Positions 9,686 to 19,716 of a stretch of 64,000 nt of DNA are shown piece after piece. The DNA is taken from positions 1,024,001 to 1,088,000 of the forward strand of contig OY969561.1 in the NCBI GenBank assembly GCA_963701085.1, read 5' to 3'. This DNA is from an uncultured bacterium (GTDB lineage: Bacteria > Babelota > Babeliae > Babelales > Vermiphilaceae). A program made the translations under genes and the position numbers. Numbering within the stretch: the stretch's first letter is position 1; each line of letters begins with the position of its first letter. The notes under the pieces were generated by a model that made no database searches, was not told the origin of the DNA, and saw nothing but the letters and a program-made list of their open reading frames with translations.

Positions 9686-10798
9686 TCATTTATATTTTCC
9701 CCAATTGAAGTCATATCTGCGTTTGATATCTTCATATGTATCTGTTTCTGGCAAAATGGATTCCATCCTAAAACCACGTCTTTTGAGGGTGTCAATATTA
9801 GTTTCTTTGAAGCTATTTATAGTCTGATCTTTTATATAATCGCCAGCTTTATCGCAATAATTGCCAATAACAACACCGGAGAAATTTAAGGTCGCTGTTC
9901 TGAGTTCGGATATAATTATGGGCAATACTTTTACTGCTATTGGGGGAGATAGTTCTTCTGTTAACATATGACTCCCTAGCCTCACTAGTAATGTTAGTCC
10001 TATAGTAATAGTTGTGGTTAGGGGTGCTAATTCTGAAGCAATTATTCCTGCACCTAAACCAATGTATGTTTCAGGGGATATTATTTGAGCTGCAATAATG
10101 GTGCAAGCTTTTAGGGTGAATCTTGTTATTAGTTTGGCTTTTGAGCCCAGTAGCTCTGCATTTTTTGTTCTTGCAGTGATATTATCTCCCAATAACTTGT
10201 TAATAAATGAAGGTTCTTGGTAATTGGTGTTAATAAAAATATCTTTACCATACAACTGTGCTAGATTTTCTCGTTGTTCCCTTCGTAAGCCTTGAAGCCG
10301 ATTAAACATTCCTTGTGAGAATTTTCTATCTTTACCTTCTATGGTAATAGGTTGATTGTCTTTACGATTTGCGTTAGTAATGAGATATAATATAGCTTCC
10401 AGCTGACCTTTATTAAAGGAGGTTATTTTTGAGTTCGAAAGTATTTTCTTAAGCGATTCGTTAGTAAAAAGTAATTCGTTACAAAAAGGACCAGTTTTTA
10501 AACTTTTGCTATACTGATAAGGCAATTGGATACTCATTGTTACTATTAAATTGGTTACGTCTTTGGGGAAAATTTCTTTATCATTCATTTCCTTTGCCCA
10601 GCGTAATTCATCAATAATAGAACGATCCGCATCAATGTCTTTTTTTATAAAATCACCGTATTTGGCATTAATATCTTCTATTGGTTGATACGAGCTACAG
10701 GTTCTTGCCACAAAATGCCAACTTTTTTGTGTATCCATGCTGTATAATGGAGCTGAGATTATCGATAAACTTGTTAAAAAAACAAGGAGCTTTTTCAT
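9686..10798 (-). CDS. Secreted/membrane hypothetical protein
   Basis: Likely start MKKLLVFLTSLSIISAPLYS|MD, 11 nt after the upstream GT2 stop; hydrophobic segments in the C-terminal half. Confidence 0.65.
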   Translation of the reverse strand: MKKLLVFLTSLSIISAPLYSMDTQKSWHFVARTCSSYQPIEDINAKYGDFIKKDIDADRSIIDELRWAKEMNDKEIFPKDVTNLIVTMSIQLPYQYSKSLKTGPFCNELLFTNESLKKILSNSKITSFNKGQLEAILYLITNANRKDNQPITIEGKDRKFSQGMFNRLQGLRREQRENLAQLYGKDIFINTNYQEPSFINKLLGDNITARTKNAELLGSKAKLITRFTLKACTIIAAQIISPETYIGLGAGIIASELAPLTTTITIGLTLLVRLGSHMLTEELSPPIAVKVLPIIISELRTATLNFSGVVIGNYCDKAGDYIKDQTINSFKETNIDTLKRRGFRMESILPETDTYEDIKRRYDFNWGKYK

Positions 10799-10809
10799 AT
10801 GCGAGGTAC

Positions 10810-11673
10810 TTAGGATGAACGGGCAAAATGATGCTGCCACCACACGCCAAACATTGCGCTCAGCATACGCACGCCACCGCGCAGTGTTAATTTGCTGCCT
10901 TCGCGATCTTCCCACACCGTTGGAACTTCTATAACGGTGTAGCCAGCTTTTTTGCATAAATATAACAGCTCAGCATCAAAAGCCCATTGCTTAACGGTTA
11001 GTTGTGGATTAATTTTTTCCAGTGTTGCTCGTTTGAACAGTTTTGCACCGCATTGGAAATCATAATATGTTAAGCCAAATAATAACCAGATTAATGGTTC
11101 ATAAATAATGCGACTGCCGTAGCGTTTATACGCAGGGCGTGGCGGTGAAATTTGTGCTCCTGGCATGTAGCGGCTTGCAATGATGCCATCATTACCGTTA
11201 ATTTTTTCAATAAGATCATAGAATGCATTTGGATACGTTGACATATCAGCATCAACAAAGCCGATGAGATCGTTATCACGTGTTAGAGCGTCAGCAAATC
11301 CTGCTTTTATAGCCAGTCCTTTGCCTGCTTGTTGTAAATCAATAATAACAATGGAGCTTGTTGTTAACTCATTGCGCACGCGTTCAACAACACCGATGGT
11401 ATCATCTTTACATCCGTTAAGTACAATAACAAATTCGAATGGCATGTTTTTTTCTGAGAAGAATTGATGATAGGTACGTATTGTTTTTTCAATACGTTTT
11501 TCTTCATTATATGCGGGGAAAATAATACTCAGTTTCATCATACTTACATCTTTTTTTGTAGTGGTTTTACCATTTTCTTTGGTGAAGAATTTGTCTCGTA
11601 CATATTCAAATGTAAAGATAATCAGAAATAGTGAAAGTAATGCAAGACTTATGGTGAAAAAAGGATGTTTCAT
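10810..11673 (-). CDS. GT2 glycosyltransferase (polyprenyl-phosphate glucosyltransferase/Alg5-like) with N-terminal TM anchor
   Basis: SIIFPAYNEEKRI, GKGLAIKAG, GFVDADMST, DFQCGAKLF, WAFDAELL. Confidence 0.88.
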   Translation of the reverse strand: MKHPFFTISLALLSLFLIIFTFEYVRDKFFTKENGKTTTKKDVSMMKLSIIFPAYNEEKRIEKTIRTYHQFFSEKNMPFEFVIVLNGCKDDTIGVVERVRNELTTSSIVIIDLQQAGKGLAIKAGFADALTRDNDLIGFVDADMSTYPNAFYDLIEKINGNDGIIASRYMPGAQISPPRPAYKRYGSRIIYEPLIWLLFGLTYYDFQCGAKLFKRATLEKINPQLTVKQWAFDAELLYLCKKAGYTVIEVPTVWEDREGSKLTLRGGVRMLSAMFGVWWQHHFARSS

Positions 11674-11881
11674 GAGAATTCCTTAGTATCCATTTTTTGT
11701 ATCTGATAAATATTTTTTGTTTAATATACGGCTATTCATTTTTTTTGTATATTGTCTTGCAATTACAGAGTAATCATTTTTTAAAACGGGAAAGGTTAAG
11801 TAAGACATACAGTACAGTAACAAATATCGGGATACGTATACAACAAAAACATATTTTATAGTGCTTTTTAAGGATTTAGTT

Positions 11882-12382
11882 ATGCAAAAAAAATTATCAT
11901 TCATTTTAAGTATCATGTTGCTCACTGGTTTAACCAACTTTGTTAAAGCAGAAGATGAGATAAAGAAGCTTTTGATTATAGGTTCGCTTGCTACTCTTGG
12001 TTATGGAGGACATTGTCTTCAACAGATGAATGATGAGTATTCAAAAAAAAATAAAAAGCCTGATATGCAAATGCGTTTAACAAAAACAGCTCTAGCAGCG
12101 GGTTCTATTTTAGCGGTTGATATTCTTACGGGTGATACAAGTACAACACAACAACATTTAGCAAAAATAGGAGTTGCGGCTATTGCTATGGCGGCTACTA
12201 CGCAGCCAGTAGCTGATGTATTACGACCAATACCATTAATAGGGGGCCTTCTTACAGATCCTGTTGATGAAGATGGTGATGAAAGAAAAGATATCGGAGC
12301 TATTGCTCGTTTTGCATTAGCATATATTCCATTGCGACAATTGGCAGTGAAATGTTTTCCTAGTGTACAAAGCAAGAAATAA
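11882..12382 (+). CDS. Hypothetical membrane/secreted protein
   Basis: Signal peptide MQKKLSFILSIMLLTGLTNFVKA plus several hydrophobic segments. Confidence 0.65.
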   Translation: MQKKLSFILSIMLLTGLTNFVKAEDEIKKLLIIGSLATLGYGGHCLQQMNDEYSKKNKKPDMQMRLTKTALAAGSILAVDILTGDTSTTQQHLAKIGVAAIAMAATTQPVADVLRPIPLIGGLLTDPVDEDGDERKDIGAIARFALAYIPLRQLAVKCFPSVQSKK

Positions 12383-12395
12383 TTGATTTACGGTG

Positions 12396-12430
12396 AAAAA
12401 AGCTCCCTTCAATTTGAGGGAGCTTTTTTT
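12396..12430. terminator. Bidirectional terminator
   Basis: aaaaaagctccctt-caatt-tgagggagcttttttt between convergent genes. Confidence 0.8.
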
Positions 12431-12438
12431 ATGAATTA

Positions 12439-13014
12439 TTATTGAGAATTTTTTTGTTGAGTAATCTGTTCCAGCATGTGTTGATGTATGTTGGTCATAT
12501 AATCACAAAAATTTTGAGTGAACATTGTTTTATCACAACGTAAAAATTTAGTTAATTCATCTTGATGATGTTGAACTAACTGGGCTTCTTTTACGTTTAA
12601 TTCTAACTGTTTTTCTCGAGTATTATTGATTTTTTCTTGAGCTATATTGCGTTGCTGTAATATATAAACATTGGAATAATCAGGATGATTTTTGAGGTCA
12701 AGTTCCATTTGTTTTTCTTTTTTTGTAAGAGCTGTCATTTCAGGATCTTCATTCCATTTATTATAGGCATAATTTACGGTTGCACCGGCAACAATTGGCA
12801 GCAGCGTCCAACCAAGTCTATAGTACCCTGAATTTTCTTCTGAAGATGAATCAGTTTTTTGCTGAAATGTGACAATATGTATAGGGTTATCTTTGTCACC
12901 GAGACCCCCCTTTAGAAAATCTTCCATTCCATAACATTGGCTACTAAAAGCGAAAAATAAGATGATTGGTAAAAAAAATGATTTTTTATTTTTGATTTTA
13001 GATAAACTGAACAT
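12439..13014 (-). CDS. Hypothetical protein (signal, one TM, coiled coil)
   Basis: FFLPIILFFAFSSQCYG|ME; TM LGWTLLPIVAGATVNYAY; E/K/Q-rich tail. Confidence 0.65.
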   Translation of the reverse strand: MFSLSKIKNKKSFFLPIILFFAFSSQCYGMEDFLKGGLGDKDNPIHIVTFQQKTDSSSEENSGYYRLGWTLLPIVAGATVNYAYNKWNEDPEMTALTKKEKQMELDLKNHPDYSNVYILQQRNIAQEKINNTREKQLELNVKEAQLVQHHQDELTKFLRCDKTMFTQNFCDYMTNIHQHMLEQITQQKNSQ

Positions 13015-13091
13015 AGAAACTCTTTCATTTTTAAAGTTATTTAATGCATTACTATAATCAATAAATAATATTTGATAAAGCAGATAAAACA

Positions 13092-13751
13092 ATGATTATA
13101 TTTAAACCTCATAAAACCGTCGAGGTTCTTAAATCTTTTTTGCCAGATAACCCAATTATTGTGGAAGCTGGTGCATTTGATGGCAATGATACCAATAAGA
13201 TGGCGTTGCAGTGGCCACAGAGCACGATTCACGCTTTTGAGCCAGTGCCTGAAATTTATGAACGCTTATTGAAAAATACGCGTAAGTTCTCCAATATTTG
13301 TTATCATCCATTGGCGCTGAGTGATCATAATGGCACAGCGCATTTTTACATTTCAGAACGCCCCTCAAGGCCTGGAGTTGCTTCTCAAGCTGGATCCATT
13401 CATAAACCAAAAGAGCGATTATCAAAATCTCCGCTTATATTTCCTCGCACAACAACAGTGCCAACCATTACGCTTGATACATGGGCAGATGAAAATGGCG
13501 TTAGTGCGATTGATTTGTTGTGGCTTGATACGCAAGGTCATGAGCTTGCAATCCTCAAGGCAGCGCCAAAAATGCTTAAGCATACCAAGGTTGTTTTGGC
13601 GGAAGTTTCATTTATAGAAAGTTATGAAGGTCAACCGCGTTATGAAGATGTTATTGCGTGGATGACTGATCAAGGCTTTGAGTATGTTGGGCGTGATTTT
13701 ACCGAGACAACAACATGTTTTTTTGGCAATGTACTTTTTGTGAAAAAATAA
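13092..13751 (+). CDS. FkbM-family SAM-dependent methyltransferase
   Basis: IVEAGAFDG, HAFEPVP, TITLD, IDLLWLDTQGHELAILK. Confidence 0.9.
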   Translation: MIIFKPHKTVEVLKSFLPDNPIIVEAGAFDGNDTNKMALQWPQSTIHAFEPVPEIYERLLKNTRKFSNICYHPLALSDHNGTAHFYISERPSRPGVASQAGSIHKPKERLSKSPLIFPRTTTVPTITLDTWADENGVSAIDLLWLDTQGHELAILKAAPKMLKHTKVVLAEVSFIESYEGQPRYEDVIAWMTDQGFEYVGRDFTETTTCFFGNVLFVKK

Positions 13752-13756
13752 CTTTT

Positions 13757-14707
13757 TTAAGCAATTGTTATCTTTTTTGTTTTCCATTTATCGCTAACTT
13801 GTGCCCGTGTTTTGATATTAATAACGTTAATTACTTTTTTCCCATCACTGTTTTTTTTGATGCTTTCTGGATAAATGACCACTTTATTGTTGCCAAGACG
13901 CTGTACAAAGCGTGAAAAATGAGATCCAGGACGGATAAGGCAATCAAATTCCATCATAGAAAAAAAATCTTCTAGTACATTTGAGCTGTGACTGTTGTCT
14001 TGTTCGCGATAGCCAAAAGTAATACGAGGATTATCGAGGGATTGTTTAAATTTTTGCATGAGCACTGCAGGTTCTTGGTGATCGGTGAATATGTGTACAT
14101 ACAAATTCTGTTCAGGGAACATGTCAGCAAGACGTGCTATTTGTGCAATAAAAAATTCATCGGGAACAAAACGTAATGGGCAGCGTTCTTTTTCTTCTTC
14201 TGTATCAACAATAAATCCACCACCATTGCGTACGTGCACGGCAATTGATATATACCCGTTAGGAATAATAACTTTTTCTAGTTCATATCGTGGGGCAATA
14301 TTTTTTTTGATCTCTTCTACAAAAGCTTGATCATACCAATCAATGGTGATATTGGAGTGCCAAGTGCTCATATAGAGCGTATTATTGTAAGGTAGTAATA
14401 TATATCTTATTGGTATATGTATGATAGTAGCAAACTGTTGTGTAGATTCGGGGGTAAATATATTTTCTTTTTCATGAATCATCAGTTGGTCAGAATATTT
14501 GAAGGGGAGATAAAGGAGTGGAATGTTGTATGTGTATGAAAGCCATTTTGCTCTTGAGTAAGAAAGAAGATTATCACCGAAGCGTCCTCCATTTGGTTCC
14601 CATGTAATGGCACTTGTGTACATTTCTTTGTGGTTCGTTTCCAAACATTGAGCTAAACAATTAAGCGATAGTGCGGCGAGAGTATATAAAAAAAATTCTT
14701 TTTTCAT
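13757..14707 (-). CDS. GT11-like (alpha-1,2-fucosyltransferase-like) glycosyltransferase with signal peptide
   Basis: GGRFGDNL, IAVHVRNG, HIFTD, EDFFSMMEFDCLIRPGSHFS resemble fucosyltransferase motifs I-III. Confidence 0.7.
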   Translation of the reverse strand: MKKEFFLYTLAALSLNCLAQCLETNHKEMYTSAITWEPNGGRFGDNLLSYSRAKWLSYTYNIPLLYLPFKYSDQLMIHEKENIFTPESTQQFATIIHIPIRYILLPYNNTLYMSTWHSNITIDWYDQAFVEEIKKNIAPRYELEKVIIPNGYISIAVHVRNGGGFIVDTEEEKERCPLRFVPDEFFIAQIARLADMFPEQNLYVHIFTDHQEPAVLMQKFKQSLDNPRITFGYREQDNSHSSNVLEDFFSMMEFDCLIRPGSHFSRFVQRLGNNKVVIYPESIKKNSDGKKVINVINIKTRAQVSDKWKTKKITIA

Positions 14708-14799
14708 GAAGGTTCCTTTTTTTGTAACTACTTTTTGTGTTCTTAGTGCTAAAGTAATAAGCGTGATAAAAAAACACAATCATTTAAAAAGGAGTTATT

Positions 14800-15555
14800 G
14801 TGAAAAAATTGTTTGTTATCTCTGCTATTTTCTTATTTTGTTATGCGATAGAATCCTTTCCCCATGAAAAAATAAAGATTTATGCTTTGTATACCCCATC
14901 ACATGAAGTTTTAAAAGATGAATTTTTTTTACCTTCTCTTCACGATGATTTTGATATAGTTTTTGAATTTTGTGATCAAACATGTCCATCAGCAAAGTTT
15001 ATGAGTGAAGGATGGACAGAGACGACAATGCGTAAAGTTGATCTTATTATTCGTGCAATTTGCGAAAATTGGGGTTCAATTTTTATCTTTTCGGATGTAG
15101 ATATTCAGTTCTTTTGCCCTATTCAAGAAGAAATACTGAGGTTAATGCTCGATAAGGATCTGGTAATACAAAGGAATACGCCGAGTGGTGTTTTATGTAC
15201 TGGTTTTTTTGCCTGTCGTGGCAATGAAAAAACATTACAACTGTGGAAAGATGTAAAAAAAAGAATGGAAATCAGTGGATCAAATAGTGATCAAAATTCA
15301 TTAAATCATTGTATAAAAAGAAGCAGTAAAAAGAATCCCTATAATGTTGTGTGGGATTATTTACCCGATACTTTTTTTGGCGGAGGTACACTTACCGGAT
15401 GTGAGTGGCATCCAGGCATGTTTTTGCCAATACCGCATGATATTATGATTCACCATGCTAACTGGACAAAAGGCATAAAAAACAAAATAGCTCAACTTGT
15501 GTACGTGCGCAATGTAGTGTCATCTCGCAAAAAGGCTATCGTGAAATTTCCTTAA
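14800..15555 (+). CDS. Nucleotide-diphospho-sugar transferase (GT77-like) with signal peptide
   Basis: IFSDVDI DxD, CTGFF, DQNSLN, HHANW; aaggag RBS before GTG. Confidence 0.78.
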   Translation: MKKLFVISAIFLFCYAIESFPHEKIKIYALYTPSHEVLKDEFFLPSLHDDFDIVFEFCDQTCPSAKFMSEGWTETTMRKVDLIIRAICENWGSIFIFSDVDIQFFCPIQEEILRLMLDKDLVIQRNTPSGVLCTGFFACRGNEKTLQLWKDVKKRMEISGSNSDQNSLNHCIKRSSKKNPYNVVWDYLPDTFFGGGTLTGCEWHPGMFLPIPHDIMIHHANWTKGIKNKIAQLVYVRNVVSSRKKAIVKFP

Positions 15556-17068
15556 CGGATTCATTGGTTAAAAATAGTCCTACGCGTGATGGTAGTAAAA
15601 AAGCAAGATGCATTTCTTTAAAAAGGTTATAGGTATTATAAAAGTTTAAATTTTTAATCTCTTGATAAAGTGTTGCTTTGTTGCACAGAAAAACATCTTC
15701 TCCTATGACTGATCCTTTCCATATATCTGAACCGGCAGGATTTTTCCATGCACATATTTCATCATTGAGGGTAATAAATCGTGGAGCTCCTTTTTTTAAA
15801 GGATGCCTATTAAGGTAAAAACGATAGGCATATGTTTTTTCAAGCCAAAAAATATAATGAGAAATATCTAATGGTTTTGTGATCAAACAGGAATCGGTTG
15901 CCATTAGGATATGATCATTTTTACATAATCCTAAGTACGTTAAAAGTCGGTTTTTCAAACTTTTACTACCATCCACATCATACGGTATGAAAATGACATT
16001 TGGGAAATCTTTCCTCATAAATCGACATATCTTTTTGTTAGCTTCTGTGTTGTGGTAGAAGGTGTGGATTGTTCCTAGGTTAATAGTGTTGTTTTGGATG
16101 TTTTCTAGGATGCTGGCTATATCAGTGAGGTCATAACGACACAATAAAAACATATCGGCATGTGCATTTTTTACTGGAACAAGCCTTTTCTTTTTTGGTT
16201 GAAACTGCACAGGATAGCAACTTTTCTTTCTTATTTCACGTGCTGATGCCGTTTGAATTCGTCGATCAACTTTAAAACCAACAATCTCTGAATATAAATT
16301 TCTTATATATAAAATATCAGAAATGAACTTAATGTGAGTATGGGCCATTTCTACCATGGGGAAATACATAGCAACATCATTACTTGCAGGATAAAAGTCG
16401 CCTTGAAAACCTTCAATGTTATCCGCTATGAGATCTTCAAGTTTTACTAATTTAAATAACCATGATCTAAAGGATCGTGGATGCATATAAACAAAACTGT
16501 AGTAGCGATATGCTCGTTTTCGTTGAACATGTTTAGGAACAGCACGACAATATCCCATTTCTTTGTGTCCCCATTGAATTGCTTGGGAAGCGGGGACATT
16601 TTTATACTGGCCATAAGAAAACCATATATTTTCATCTTTGTAGAGGTTGTTATAGAATTCGAGTACGTGTGAATGTGCTAATGAATCGTCACCATCAACC
16701 ATAACAATAATTTCGTCATCATCACACTCATAGAGGACTTTGTATAAATTAAATAGCTTACGATGACGTTTTTTATTGCGAATAAAGGTAACACGGTTTT
16801 GCAAATTATGATTATCAATATACTGTTGAATAACCTCACAATTGTTATCCGTTGAGCAGTCATCAACAATAATTACTCGAAAATTGTCATATTCTTGTGT
16901 AAATATTGAGTTAAGAGTGTTTTCAGACCACTGATCATTGTTATATGAACAGATAACAACAACAATGGGAAGTTCGATAGAATCCTGTGTTGTTGATATT
17001 GCTCCGTTCGCAAGGTGCCCAAGACATAAAAAGAATGTGGCTAGTATTTTGATATGGTTCATTATCAT
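15536..17068 (-). CDS. GT2 glycosyltransferase with signal peptide and extra C-terminal domain
   Basis: VVICSYNN, IIVDDCSTD, MVDGDD; N-terminus HIKILATFFLCLGHLANGA. Confidence 0.85.
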   Translation of the reverse strand: MIMNHIKILATFFLCLGHLANGAISTTQDSIELPIVVVICSYNNDQWSENTLNSIFTQEYDNFRVIIVDDCSTDNNCEVIQQYIDNHNLQNRVTFIRNKKRHRKLFNLYKVLYECDDDEIIVMVDGDDSLAHSHVLEFYNNLYKDENIWFSYGQYKNVPASQAIQWGHKEMGYCRAVPKHVQRKRAYRYYSFVYMHPRSFRSWLFKLVKLEDLIADNIEGFQGDFYPASNDVAMYFPMVEMAHTHIKFISDILYIRNLYSEIVGFKVDRRIQTASAREIRKKSCYPVQFQPKKKRLVPVKNAHADMFLLCRYDLTDIASILENIQNNTINLGTIHTFYHNTEANKKICRFMRKDFPNVIFIPYDVDGSKSLKNRLLTYLGLCKNDHILMATDSCLITKPLDISHYIFWLEKTYAYRFYLNRHPLKKGAPRFITLNDEICAWKNPAGSDIWKGSVIGEDVFLCNKATLYQEIKNLNFYNTYNLFKEMHLAFLLPSRVGLFLTNESVKEISR

Positions 17069-17235
17069 TTCCTTTTTTAAATGATATCGTTAATAGATCA
17101 CAAAAATAGATTACGAAAAATAGTAACAAATTTTATAAAAAAAGCCTAACAGTTGCTGATTATATGGAACAATGTATAGAATAGAAAAAACATATTCTAT
17201 GTTTTAGTTAGAATTTATTAAAAAAGGAGATTCTT

Positions 17236-18735
17236 ATGTTTTTGTCCACTGTGATGAGAAATTTTGTTTTTGGATTACTGGTATTGCCATCTTTGCTTAT
17301 CAATGCTCAAAGTGACAAGATAATAACTATTATTGGTACCGGATATGTTGGTCTTGTTTCAGGGGCCTGTCTTGCAGAAATTGGTAATTCAGTAATTTGT
17401 GCGGATATTGATTCAAGAAAAATAGAGATGTTGCATAATGGAATCATGCCAATTTATGAAAAAGGTCTTGCAGAACTTGTTGAACGTAATGTTGATGCAG
17501 AAAGATTAATGTTTACTGATAATGTTGTAGAAGCAATAGAGCTCGGGGACATTATTTTTATTGCTGTTGGTACACCAATGGGGGATGATGGTAGTGCAAA
17601 TTTATCATATATTGATGGTGTTGTAAGAATGATTGCTGAAAATATTAATTCATACAAAATTATTGTTACCAAAAGTACGGTACCAGTTGGAACAGGAAAA
17701 GGCATACGCGCACAGCTAGAAAATGATTACGGTATAGATCCAAATCTGTTTAGCATTGTTTCTAATCCTGAATTTTTACGCGAAGGACTTGCGGTTAATG
17801 ATTTCCTTTACCCAGACCGTTTAGTTATTGGAACAGATTCTGATAGTGCGCTTATCGAGTTATGTGAAGTATATGAAGCATTAATTGCAGGTGGTACGCC
17901 GTACGTGCTGACTAATGTGCAAACGGCGGAAATGATTAAATATGCAGCTAATGCATTTTTATCAGTCAAAATAAGTTATATCAATGAAGTTGCTAATCTT
18001 TGTGATGCAACTGATGCTGATGTAAAAACAGTTGCGTATGCCATGGGGCTTGATCATCGCATAAGTCCTGCATTCTTAAATCCAGGTCCTGGTTTTGGTG
18101 GTTCTTGTTTTCCAAAAGATTCTCAAGCAATAGTGTATATAGCTCATACACATAATTTACCTTTCTATACCGTGCAGGCGGCATTACATGCAAATACTGT
18201 TCAACAAGGCAAGACTGTTGAAAAATTACAAGCACTTATGCAAATAGAGCGGCAGGAAGATCTTGAGGGGAAAATAGTAGCTGTGCTTGGTCTTGCGTTT
18301 AAAGCTGATACTGATGATGTTCGTTATTCTCCTTCCATTAGAACCATTGAGTTGTTGCAAGAGTTAGGGGCAATTATAAAAGCCTATGATCCAATTGCAA
18401 CTGATAATATGCGGAGAATATTCCCTGATATAATCTATTGTTCATCACCTTACGATGCGGCAACAGATGCTGATGCGGTTGTTATTATGACTGACTGGGA
18501 TGAGATTAAACAACTTGATTTTGCACGGTTAAAAAAGTTTATGCATTACCCAATGATTGTTGATGCGCGCAATGTGGTGAATCCTGAAATTCTCAAACAG
18601 CTTGGTTATGTATGTGATTCGATTGGGCAATCATACTTGTGTAAAAAACGTAATGAATATGTTCGTACATTGATGCCAATACATCTACATAAACGTGTTC
18701 CATTGACTAAGTTTACAACAAGAAAAGGTAAGTAA
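17236..18735 (+). CDS. ugd: UDP-glucose/GDP-mannose dehydrogenase family (Ugd-like) with signal-like N-terminal extension
   Basis: IIGTGYVGL, IAVGTP, KSTVPVGT, SNPEFLREG, GFGGSCFPKD, GLAFKADTDD; aaggag RBS. Confidence 0.92.
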   Translation: MFLSTVMRNFVFGLLVLPSLLINAQSDKIITIIGTGYVGLVSGACLAEIGNSVICADIDSRKIEMLHNGIMPIYEKGLAELVERNVDAERLMFTDNVVEAIELGDIIFIAVGTPMGDDGSANLSYIDGVVRMIAENINSYKIIVTKSTVPVGTGKGIRAQLENDYGIDPNLFSIVSNPEFLREGLAVNDFLYPDRLVIGTDSDSALIELCEVYEALIAGGTPYVLTNVQTAEMIKYAANAFLSVKISYINEVANLCDATDADVKTVAYAMGLDHRISPAFLNPGPGFGGSCFPKDSQAIVYIAHTHNLPFYTVQAALHANTVQQGKTVEKLQALMQIERQEDLEGKIVAVLGLAFKADTDDVRYSPSIRTIELLQELGAIIKAYDPIATDNMRRIFPDIIYCSSPYDAATDADAVVIMTDWDEIKQLDFARLKKFMHYPMIVDARNVVNPEILKQLGYVCDSIGQSYLCKKRNEYVRTLMPIHLHKRVPLTKFTTRKGK

Positions 18736-18783
18736 CTTTATTAATTAAAAGATGTTTGGATTCATTAACGTGACTTTTACATT

Positions 18784-18914
18784 CCGCTCGCCCTGAGTGC
18801 CCCGTAAGGGGTGTATCGAAGGGTGCAATAAAAAAAAGATTATTTATGTCCGTATTTCTTTTGTGTTGCATCCTTCGATACTTTTTTGCAAGCAAAAAAA
18901 CTCAGGACGAGCGG
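18784..18914. repeat. Inverted doublet of type-A elements
   Basis: 18784-18823 ccgctcgccctgag[tgccccgtaaggggtgta]tcgaaggg and inverted 18871-18914 tccttcga[tacttttttgcaagcaaaaaaa]ctcaggacgagcgg. Confidence 0.9.
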
Positions 18915-18976
18915 CGGGTAGATCAAGATAATTTATAGAAGTTTATGTTAATTATTCCAATACTTCGAGCCGTCCG

Positions 18977-19005
18977 GCCTCCTGTTTTGCAGGAGGTTTT
19001 TTTTT
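18977..19005 (+). terminator. Terminator hairpin, copy 1
   Basis: gcctcctgttttgcaggagg + T-tract; identical 20-mer at 19689. Confidence 0.8.
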
Positions 19006-19080
19006 GTTTATTATAGTTACATATGATATAATACAAATTATTTAATTTTTTCAAATTAACAATATCAAGTGGGTTTTTTT

Positions 19081-19662
19081 ATGAATAACAAAATATTTTT
19101 TTTTCTTATGCTATCTGTTTTTTCTCTTTCAATAGCATCGGAAACAATGGTAAAACAACGCATGGTTGCTCAAATTCAGGTAAATAATGCAGCTGCTGAA
19201 GATTATGAAGTTAGGGATGTTCGAAAACTTGGTAGATATGCAGTAGCAGGGAGTGGTGTTTATGAATATCCAACAAGAATCAAAGAAAAAGATATAGAAT
19301 CTATTGAAAAAAATTTAAAATTGATTGTTATCCAAAATGCGATAGAAATAACGGGGAGTGGTGAAAATCTGTATGATATACAATTTGTTGGTGCTTCTCT
19401 TGCAAATCTAAAAAAAGCATTAGAAAAAGCTAATGAACTGAGGGAGACGAGGCTTGGTGATCAAGACTTTATGATTAGTTTAGTAAATCAAGATGTGACA
19501 AAAGGTGTTTCTTTTTCTTTAACAGAAGAACAATTTGAGTTCATAACTCAGGACTTTCATATGGCAAAAATAGTAACAATGTTTGGTGTTGCTGGATTAA
19601 TTGCTTTGATGTATTATTTTAATCTTCATTCAAAATGCATGGCGTTATTAGGACGTGGATAA
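19081..19662 (+). CDS. Hypothetical protein with signal peptide and C-terminal TM
   Basis: MNNKIFFFLMLSVFSLSIA; IVTMFGVAGLIALMYYF. Confidence 0.7.
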   Translation: MNNKIFFFLMLSVFSLSIASETMVKQRMVAQIQVNNAAAEDYEVRDVRKLGRYAVAGSGVYEYPTRIKEKDIESIEKNLKLIVIQNAIEITGSGENLYDIQFVGASLANLKKALEKANELRETRLGDQDFMISLVNQDVTKGVSFSLTEEQFEFITQDFHMAKIVTMFGVAGLIALMYYFNLHSKCMALLGRG

Positions 19663-19688
19663 ATAATTTTTTGAGATAATGTAAAGAA

Positions 19689-19713
19689 GCCTCCTGTTTT
19701 GCAGGAGGCCTTT
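19689..19713. terminator. Terminator hairpin, copy 2
   Basis: gcctcctgttttgcaggaggcc between convergent genes. Confidence 0.75.
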
Positions 19714-19716
19714 GTG

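Noticed and set aside
10799-10957. N-terminal extension of the 9686 ORF overlapping GT2
   Set aside because: The better start at 10798 gives a clean signal peptide with no overlap.
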